Of a stretch of 10,211 nucleotides of DNA, positions 1 through 6,168 are shown in pieces. The first letter of the stretch is position 1. Each line of letters begins with the position of its first letter. The position numbers and the translations under genes were made by a program. Below the pieces are notes generated by a model. That model had not been told where the DNA came from. It did no database searches and was given only the letters and a program-made list of their open reading frames with translations. The DNA is from an uncultured Janthinobacterium sp. (GTDB lineage: Bacteria; Vulcanimicrobiota; Vulcanimicrobiia; Vulcanimicrobiales; Vulcanimicrobiaceae), in the NCBI GenBank assembly GCA_964658025.1, contig CAZZXB010000092.1:1-10211 (forward strand). The letters run 5' to 3'.

Positions 1-997
1 CGGCGAGTGCGGACGCGCGTCGCATCCGCGCCGACGTCTTGCTCGCGAGTTCGCGTAACGTCGCCGTCGCGCGCGCGGCGCGCGCGGCGTAGACGCGCTC
101 CTCGAGCGAGCGATCGAGCCCGGCGACGAGCGCGGGAAAGCCGCTCCGCTCGGCGCGCGCGTCGTCGCCGTCGAGCCGCGCGGCCGCGTAATCGAAGGCC
201 GAGACGGAGAACACCTCGGCGTTCGGCGCGAAGCGTCTCGCGCGATCGACGATCCGCGCGCGCGACGCCTGCCACGCCTCCGCGAAATCGCCTTCCGGCG
301 CCCGCCAGAGATCGATCTTCGTCTGCACGATGAAGATCGTGCGTACGTGTTCGCCGATCGTGCCGAGAAATGCCGCGTCGCCTTCGCTGAACGGTTGTTG
401 CGAGTCGATGAGATAGAGTACGGCGTCGGTGCGCGGCAGATACGCGAGCGTCGCGCGTCGGTGCGACGGATTGAGCGAGGCGAGACCGGGCGTATCGGCG
501 ACGACGAAGCCGCGTCGCAAGAACGCCGAATCGACGTCGACGATGACGAAGTCGGGCGCGGCGTCGTCGTCCGCGGTCGCGTCGTGGAGGGCGCCCGGCG
601 CGTCGTTCTTTCCGACGGCGACGAAGCGCGAGAGACGATCCATCGGAATGCGCTCGCGTCGCCCCGACGGATAGGTCGCGACGGCGTGCGCCTCGGTGCC
701 GTATTGGAGTTCGGTGATCGTCGCGGTCGACGGATTGATATCCGTCGCGAGCAGGCCCGCGATCCGGCCCCGCTCGTCGTAGCGCGTCTGTTCGAGCAGG
801 GCGTTGAGTAAGTACGACTTTCCGCTCGAGAACTCGCCGACGACCGCGAGCGTCGCGCGCCGATCGAGCATCGTGCGGACGGCCGCTACGGCGCGTCGAT
901 CGTCGTCGCGCGTCGGCCACGAGCCGAGGGCGTCGTCGTGGAGGAGTCGCGCGACCGCGTCGAGTGCGGCGCGGAGTGCTGGGCGATCGCTCGGCAT
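1..997 (-). CDS. Bacterial dynamin-like GTPase (dynamin N-terminal domain); runs off the left edge of the window
   Basis: Manual translation from ATG 997: MPSDRPALRAALDAVARLLHDD...ATLAVVGEFSSGKSYLLNALL (G1/P-loop, about 815-838), TDINPSTATITELQYG (G2 Thr), FVVADTPGLASLN (G3 DTPG), YLPRTDAVLYLID, FIVQTKIDL (G4 TKxD). No in-frame stop before position 1, which is why the ORF track omits it. It starts 24 nt after the phosphomutase stop. Confidence 0.9.
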   Translation of the reverse strand, partial: MPSDRPALRAALDAVARLLHDDALGSWPTRDDDRRAVAAVRTMLDRRATLAVVGEFSSGKSYLLNALLEQTRYDERGRIAGLLATDINPSTATITELQYGTEAHAVATYPSGRRERIPMDRLSRFVAVGKNDAPGALHDATADDDAAPDFVIVDVDSAFLRRGFVVADTPGLASLNPSHRRATLAYLPRTDAVLYLIDSQQPFSEGDAAFLGTIGEHVRTIFIVQTKIDLWRAPEGDFAEAWQASRARIVDRARRFAPNAEVFSVSAFDYAAARLDGDDARAERSGFPALVAGLDRSLEERVYAARAARATATLRELASKTSARMRRASALA

Positions 998-1021
998 CGG
1001 CGGCGCGCTCGGCTCGCCGCT

Positions 1022-2374
1022 CTAACTCCGGATCAGCGCGAGCGCTTCGTCGCGATGACGCTCCATGAGCGCGACCGTATCGCCTTCCACGTTGAGTCGC
1101 AGGAGCGGTTCCGTATTCGAAGGCCGCACGTTCATCCACCAGTCGGGATATTGCACGGTCACGCCGTCGAGATGGTCGATCCTCGCGTCCGAATAATGCG
1201 CTTCGAGCTCGGCGAGCTTCTTCGGAACGTCGCGGACGCGCGAGTTGATCTCGCCCGAGCGCGAGCGCGTGTCGATCGGCGCGATCACCTCGCTCACGGG
1301 TTTCCCGGCCTGTCCGAAGACTTGCAGGCACTGCAGGAGCGCGATCATCCCGGAGTCGGCGAACCAATTGTCGCGGAAGTAGAAATGGCCCGAATGTTCG
1401 CCGCCGAAAACGATGTCTTCGTCGCGCATCGTTTTCTTGATGAGCGAGTGGCCGACTTGCGACCGGACGGGGATCCCGCCCGCCTTCTCGATCGCTTCGG
1501 GGACGCTGCGACTGCAGATGAGGTTGTAGAGGATCTTCGAGCCCGGGAACCGTCCGAGCGTGTTGATCGCGACGAGCGCCGTCACCATGTCGCCGCCGAC
1601 GAGCCCGCCCTTTTCGTCGACGATGAACATGCGATCCGCGTCGCCGTCGAACGCGACGCCCAGATCGCAGCCGTGATCGAGCACGGCCTTTTGGAGATCG
1701 ACCATGTTCTCGGGTTCGATCGGACTCGCGGGGTGGTTCGGAAACGTCCCGTCGAGTTCGAAGAAGAGCGGGACGACGTCGCACGGGAGATGCCGGAACA
1801 CGTGCGGGACGGTGAGCCCGGCCATGCCGTTACCGGCGTCGATCGCGATCTTGAACGGCTTGACCGCGGCGCGATCGACGAAGGTGAGGCAGTGTTCCGC
1901 GAACGCGTCGAGCACGTCGCGCTGCGAGATCGTGCCGCGCTTTTCGGCGTCGGGTTTCCAGACGCCGGCCGCGATCGCGTCGCGGATATCCGATAATCCC
2001 GTGTCGAACGAGATCGCCTGCGCCTCGCCGCGCGTGAACTTCATCCCGTTATAGGTCGCGGGATTGTGCGATGCCGTGATCATGATGCCGCCCGCGAAGC
2101 CGTATTTTCCGACCGCGAAGTAGAGCGCGTCCGTCGAGACGAGTCCGATATCGGTCACGTCGGCGCCGGCGTCGTTCGCGCCGCGCGCGAGCGCTTCGAA
2201 CAACGCGATTCCCGACGGACGCATGTCGCGACCGACGACGATCGACGTGATGCCCAGACGTTCGACGAACGCGCGCCCGATCGCGTACGCGAGCGTCTCG
2301 TTCATCTCCGCCGGATAGATGCCACGAACGTCGTAGCTCTTGAAGATGTCGGGCACGATTACGGGCGTCGTCAT
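1022..2374 (-). CDS. manB: Phosphomannomutase/phosphoglucomutase (alpha-D-phosphohexomutase, AlgC/ManB-like), 450 aa from ATG 2374
   Basis: C-terminal half of the 1022..3751 ORF. It has the typical N-terminus IFKSYDVRG, catalytic phosphoserine loop MITASHNP, metal-binding FDGDADR, sugar-binding GGEHSGH and phosphate-binding NVRPSNTEP. Stop TAG at 1022-1024. In frame with the upstream hydrolase with no intervening stop. Confidence 0.93.
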   Translation of the reverse strand: MTTPVIVPDIFKSYDVRGIYPAEMNETLAYAIGRAFVERLGITSIVVGRDMRPSGIALFEALARGANDAGADVTDIGLVSTDALYFAVGKYGFAGGIMITASHNPATYNGMKFTRGEAQAISFDTGLSDIRDAIAAGVWKPDAEKRGTISQRDVLDAFAEHCLTFVDRAAVKPFKIAIDAGNGMAGLTVPHVFRHLPCDVVPLFFELDGTFPNHPASPIEPENMVDLQKAVLDHGCDLGVAFDGDADRMFIVDEKGGLVGGDMVTALVAINTLGRFPGSKILYNLICSRSVPEAIEKAGGIPVRSQVGHSLIKKTMRDEDIVFGGEHSGHFYFRDNWFADSGMIALLQCLQVFGQAGKPVSEVIAPIDTRSRSGEINSRVRDVPKKLAELEAHYSDARIDHLDGVTVQYPDWWMNVRPSNTEPLLRLNVEGDTVALMERHRDEALALIRS

Positions 2375-3406
2375 GCTCCGCGCGTTTCGGTCAGCGCAAA
2401 CGCCGTCCCCGCTCCCCTCCGGCGCGGCGGGTTCCGCGACGAACCGTTCGATCGCGCGGTCGACCGTCTCGGGAAACTCTTCGTGCGCGAGCGAGCCCGC
2501 GTGCGGGATGGTGACGAGCTCCGCGTCGCGCGCGAGTCGCACGAAATCTTTCGCGTTCTTCACGGGGTTCGTGCCGGCGTCGTCGCCCCAGACGACGAGC
2601 ACGCGTCCTTCGACGAACGGAAGATCGCGTGCGACGTCGCAGTCGAGCGCGCCGCCGACGAACGCGGCGGGGACGAAGCGCGCTCCGGGCTGATGCGTGA
2701 CCGCGTAGTAATTATCGACGACGTCGGGCGTGATCGATGCGGGATCCGCATAGCCTTGATTACGTAAGAAGAAGCGCAACGACGGCCGCGAGGCGAGTCC
2801 GTTGAACGCGGCCTCGCCGAGGAGCGGCGATCGGAACACGCGACCGACGATGCGACGCTGCGCGACGCCCGTGCCGTCGAGCACGCCCGCGAGCCCCGTG
2901 GGACCGATCGTGACGAGTCGCGAGACGCGATCGGGCGCGCGCTGAGCGGCGCGGATGGCGAACGCGGCGCCGAGCGAACTCGCGACGACGGTCATGCCGG
3001 GTTCGCCGAAGAGCCCGAGCGCGTCGACGATCTGTTCGACGAAGAGTTCGCTCGAGTAATCGAGATCGGGCATCGCCGAAAGACCGCAACCGAGAAAATC
3101 GAACGCGACGACGCGATGGCGCCGCGCGAGTAAGGGCGCGAGCTTGCGGTATTCGTACGACGACGATCCGGCGTAGATCGCGTGGACGAGCAGGATCGTC
3201 GGTCCCGCACCGAGTTCGGTCGCGAAGACGTCGTAGCCGCGCCAGGTCCACGGAAGTCGGGTGCCGCCGACGTGATCGTGGGGCAATGGTCCCGTATTCC
3301 GTAACGTGCGGTTCATAAGGGCCGCGACGCCCGTCAAACCGGCGAGGGCACCGGCCGAGCGCAGCGCCCGGCGCATTCCGTTACGAAAACCGTTCCGTTC
3401 GTTCAC
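2375..3406 (-). CDS. Alpha/beta-fold hydrolase with N-terminal hydrophobic anchor; no stop codon of its own, so as written it continues into the phosphomutase (794-aa read-through product 3406..1022)
   Basis: Probable start GTG 3406 (alternative ATG 3376). Hydrophobic segment ALAGLTGVAAL, then GPTILLVHAIYAGSSSYEYRK (oxyanion region), VVAFDFLGCGLS, nucleophile elbow VVASSLG, VLVVWGDDA and IPHAGSLAHEEFPE. The 3407-3751 part of the track ORF crosses the intergenic region and is antisense to the GGDEF gene, so I do not consider it coding. Confidence 0.85.
2385..2408 (-). promoter_or_regulatory. Putative bipartite promoter GGAC-N16-GAAA, 10 nt before the phosphomutase ATG
   Basis: Minus strand reads GGAC GGCGTTTGCGCTGACC GAAA CGCGCGGAGC ATG, with the same geometry as the motif at 3417-3440 and nearly the same as 9307-9330. 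Confidence 0.45.
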
Positions 3407-3416
3407 GTCGTCGGCT

Positions 3417-3440
3417 ATTCGTTTATGGGATGCGAAGTCC
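3417..3440 (-). promoter_or_regulatory. Putative bipartite promoter GGAC-N16-GAAT, 10 nt before the hydrolase GTG
   Basis: Minus strand reads GGAC TTCGCATCCCATAAAC GAAT AGCCGACGAC GTG. No Shine-Dalgarno before the GTG. Confidence 0.45.
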
Positions 3441-3468
3441 GCGCGCCGCGCATTTCGCATCGCCGAGG

Positions 3469-3493
3469 GGTTTCGCGACGCGCGCGACTGAAT
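3469..3493 (+). promoter_or_regulatory. Putative bipartite promoter GGTT-N17-GAAT, 10 nt before ATG 3504 of the GGDEF-EAL gene
   Basis: Plus strand reads GAGG GGTT TCGCGACGCGCGCGACT GAAT GTCGCAGGCG ATG. Divergent from the motif at 3417-3440. Confidence 0.35.
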
Positions 3494-3503
3494 GTCGCAG
3501 GCG

Positions 3504-5603
3504 ATGTTCGATGAGGTGCGCCCGGCGTTCGAACGCAACGGCGTCGAGCCGAGCGAAGCGCATCTCGTATTCGATCCGACGAGCGGGAGTCTCGCGTACG
3601 TCGATTCCGCGGCGACCGATCTCTTCGGCCTACACGAACCGAATCTCGATACGATGCGCGTCACCGACATCATCCCGCAACTCGCGGACACGTCGCTACG
3701 CGAATTCACGACGCGCGTCGCATCGCGCGACGGAAACGAGCGCGATCTCACGGTGCGCCTCGAGCGCCTGCGCGTCGGCTCGTTCGGGACGTCGGGCGCG
3801 ATGCTCGCGGTCGTCCGCGTCGGCGGTCTCTCGCCGTCGATCGGGTCGCGCGAGACGCGGCTCGAAGCGCTCTGGAGTCTCGTCGTGCGACGCGGCTTCG
3901 CCGGGAACGATCAGGTTCGCGCGATCTTGCGCGAAGCGCGCGAGGGGATCGGGCTCGATACGGTCGAGGTCGCGCGCGTCGACGGCCGCGAGCTCGTCGT
4001 CGAGTTCGCGGATCGCGACGTTCGCGCGGGCGCGCGGGCTCCGCTCGCGGCGTCCGTCGAACGGTACGCGATCGAGGGCACGGGGACGTTCTCGATCCTC
4101 GACGCGCGCAAGGATCCGAGCCTGGGCGCGATGCCCGACGGCGCCTACCTCACCTCCGCGTTCCGCGTCGGCGAGGCGCACTGGGCGCTCACGTTTTCGG
4201 CGCTCCGGCCGCGCGAGACGCCGTTCGAGCTCGAGGACTGGCTCTACGTCGAGCACGTCGTCGCGGCGCTCGCGCGCGCGATCGAGCGGCGCGACAGCGA
4301 CGCGCGGATCGAACGGCTCGCGTATTCCGACGCGCTGACGTCGTTGCCGAATCGGCTCGCGCTGCTCGAGCGGCTCGACGAAGCGCTCGCGGAGTCCGAG
4401 CGGATCGGCGCGCGAACGGCGGTGCTCTTTCTCGACGTCGACGGCTTCAAGGGCGTCAACGATTCGATCGGTCATCGCGGCGGCGACGTCGTGCTCGCCG
4501 AAGTCGCGCATCGGCTCCGCGGAACGCTCCGACGCGAAGAGTACATCGGCCGGCTCGGCGGCGACGAGTTCGCGATCGTCGTGCCGCACGTCGAAGATCG
4601 CGCGCAGATCGAGGCGATGGCGGACCGCATCGGCGCGGTGCTGAGCTACCCGTTCGTCGTCGAGGAAGCGCGCTTCTCGCTCTCGGCGAGCATCGGCGCG
4701 GCGGTGTACCCCGAAAACGCCCAGAGTCGCGACGAACTGCTCGCCTGCGCCGATGCCGCGATGTACGCCGCGAAGAACGACGGCGGGTCGCGCGTGCGCT
4801 TTCCGGACCCGCCGCGCGCCGCCTTTTCGGACGCGCGGGCGATCACGGCCTCGGACGAACCCGCCCGCGACATCGGATACCTCTTGTGTTATCAGCCGAT
4901 CTGCGACGTGGCGACCGGTCTCGTCACCTCCGCCGAAGCGCTCGTGCGACGGATCCACCCGCTCCACGGGCTGCTCGCGCCGGAGCGCGGCTGGTCGATC
5001 GCATCCGACACCGAGGGTCGTCGCGCGCTCGATCGATGGGTGCTCCGCGAAGCGGCGACGCAGGCGCGCGCGTGGCGGCGGGCGGGTTTCGCGTTGCGGC
5101 TCGACGTCAACCTCGCCGCCTACGATCGGCGCGAGATCGACGCTCTGCTCGCCGACGCCTCGCTCGCCGAGGACGTGCTCCGTCTGCGGATCGAGCTCGG
5201 CACCGATTTCGTCGCCGCCGGCGGCGAGACGTCGCTCGCGCCCTTCGTGCACGCGTGTGCGGCCGACGGCTTCGCCTTCGCGCTCGACGGATTCGCGGGC
5301 GCGTTCGCGACGCTTCCGACCCTCGCGAGCGTTCCGATCTCGGCCGTCAAGCTCGAGGGCGCGCTCGCGCGCGGCGCGATCCTCGATCGCACGACGCGCG
5401 CGATCGTCGAGGGGACGATCGTCGTCGCGCGGTCGCTCGGCTGGACCGTCATCGCGAAGGGTGTGGAAACGGCGGCGGAACAAGAGGTGCTCGTGGGTCT
5501 TGGATGCGACGGAATTCAGGGGTACCACGTCGCGCACCCGATGACCGCGGCGGATTTCACCACGTGGTTGCGCGCCCGTCAGGTGGTCGAAGCTCCGCGA
5601 TGA
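3504..5603 (+). CDS. Sensor (PAS-like/GAF-like) diguanylate cyclase with a C-terminal degenerate EAL domain
   Basis: Track ORF 3492..5603; start is ATG 3492 or ATG 3504. GGDEF domain: AYSDALTSLPNR, LFLDVDGFKGVNDSIGHRGGD, RLGGDEF (GGDEF at 4557-4571), SASIG, ADAAMYAAK. EAL-like domain: YQPI, EALVR (from 4935), QGY. The N-terminal about 270 aa look PAS-like then GAF-like (inferred, not computed). Confidence 0.92.
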   Translation: MFDEVRPAFERNGVEPSEAHLVFDPTSGSLAYVDSAATDLFGLHEPNLDTMRVTDIIPQLADTSLREFTTRVASRDGNERDLTVRLERLRVGSFGTSGAMLAVVRVGGLSPSIGSRETRLEALWSLVVRRGFAGNDQVRAILREAREGIGLDTVEVARVDGRELVVEFADRDVRAGARAPLAASVERYAIEGTGTFSILDARKDPSLGAMPDGAYLTSAFRVGEAHWALTFSALRPRETPFELEDWLYVEHVVAALARAIERRDSDARIERLAYSDALTSLPNRLALLERLDEALAESERIGARTAVLFLDVDGFKGVNDSIGHRGGDVVLAEVAHRLRGTLRREEYIGRLGGDEFAIVVPHVEDRAQIEAMADRIGAVLSYPFVVEEARFSLSASIGAAVYPENAQSRDELLACADAAMYAAKNDGGSRVRFPDPPRAAFSDARAITASDEPARDIGYLLCYQPICDVATGLVTSAEALVRRIHPLHGLLAPERGWSIASDTEGRRALDRWVLREAATQARAWRRAGFALRLDVNLAAYDRREIDALLADASLAEDVLRLRIELGTDFVAAGGETSLAPFVHACAADGFAFALDGFAGAFATLPTLASVPISAVKLEGALARGAILDRTTRAIVEGTIVVARSLGWTVIAKGVETAAEQEVLVGLGCDGIQGYHVAHPMTAADFTTWLRARQVVEAPR

Positions 5604-6037
5604 TCCGGCGGCGACGTCTCGAGCTCGCGGGGCTCGCGCTCGCGGTCGCGTGTCTCGGCGCGGCGACGCCTCCCGCCCTCTGCGCGGCGACGCCCGGCGG
5701 CTCGCTCGTCCTCTCCTCGGACGCCTCCGATCCCGACGTCTTCGTCTGGGACTCGCGCGATCGGATGGCGAGCTACGCCTCGGGTTCGTGGAGCAACACG
5801 CACGCGATCTTCAGTCACACCGTGCTCGCCGAGCCCGGGACGCGCGCGCTCGTCGTGAGTTGCGTGCCGGGGGCGGCGCATCCGAAGTTCGCGCTCGGCG
5901 ACGTCGACGCGGTCGGCGTCAAGCTCACGTCCGGACCCTACCGGGGACGGTTCGGATGGGTGCTCGCGAGCGACGCGCATCCCGCACGCGGGACGGGCGG
6001 CGAGAGCGCCTCGGCCGCCCCGAAAAGTGATCTGTAA
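5600..6037 (+). CDS. Hypothetical exported protein, 145 aa
   Basis: ATGA overlap with the GGDEF-EAL stop (5600-5603). Signal-peptide-like start MIRRRRLELAGLALAVACLGAA, followed by non-repetitive globular sequence (DPDVFVWDSRDR ... GPYRGRFGWV). It is the C-terminal part of track ORF 4886..6037. Stop TAA at 6035-6037. Confidence 0.8.
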   Translation: MIRRRRLELAGLALAVACLGAATPPALCAATPGGSLVLSSDASDPDVFVWDSRDRMASYASGSWSNTHAIFSHTVLAEPGTRALVVSCVPGAAHPKFALGDVDAVGVKLTSGPYRGRFGWVLASDAHPARGTGGESASAAPKSDL

Positions 6038-6092
6038 CCGGATTCGTCGGACCGGCCCGCGTGCAGGTACGACACCTGTCCAATGCGACGAC

Positions 6093-6122
6093 GCTAACCT
6101 TGCCTTAAAATCGTATTAACTG
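6093..6122 (+). promoter_or_regulatory. Three direct repeats at exact 11-bp spacing (Pho-box-like / OmpR-PhoB family binding site candidate)
   Basis: GCTAACCT-TGC-CTTAAAAT-CGT-ATTAACTG, with TAA(C/A) starting at 6095, 6106 and 6117. An AT-rich island in a very GC-rich background, ending 46 nt before the porin start. Confidence 0.55.
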
Positions 6123-6168
6123 GCGTTTTCGGCGCCGTGATCGCTCGCGTCTCTACGAGGACATCCCT

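Noticed and set aside
998..1029. Possible sixth copy of the bipartite motif before the dynamin ATG (GGAG...CGAG)
   Set aside because: Both the spacing and the second box deviate from the other copies, so it is too weak to count.
7..2767. Plus-strand ORFs 7..333, 347..811, 938..1996, 2066..2767 and smaller ones
   Set aside because: All are antisense to the dynamin, PMM and hydrolase genes, which carry clear family motifs.
3407..3751. N-terminal extension of the 909-aa track ORF
   Set aside because: It is antisense to the start of the GGDEF gene and crosses the divergent intergenic region. Recognisable protein sequence begins only at about 3406.
3696..5537. 613-aa minus-strand ORF
   Set aside because: Antisense shadow of the GGDEF-EAL gene with no recognisable motifs. 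Long stop-free shadow frames are expected at this GC content.
4886..5599. N-terminal part of the 383-aa track ORF 4886..6037
   Set aside because: Out-of-frame overlap with the EAL domain and Arg-rich. The plausible start is the ATG at 5600 overlapping the upstream stop.
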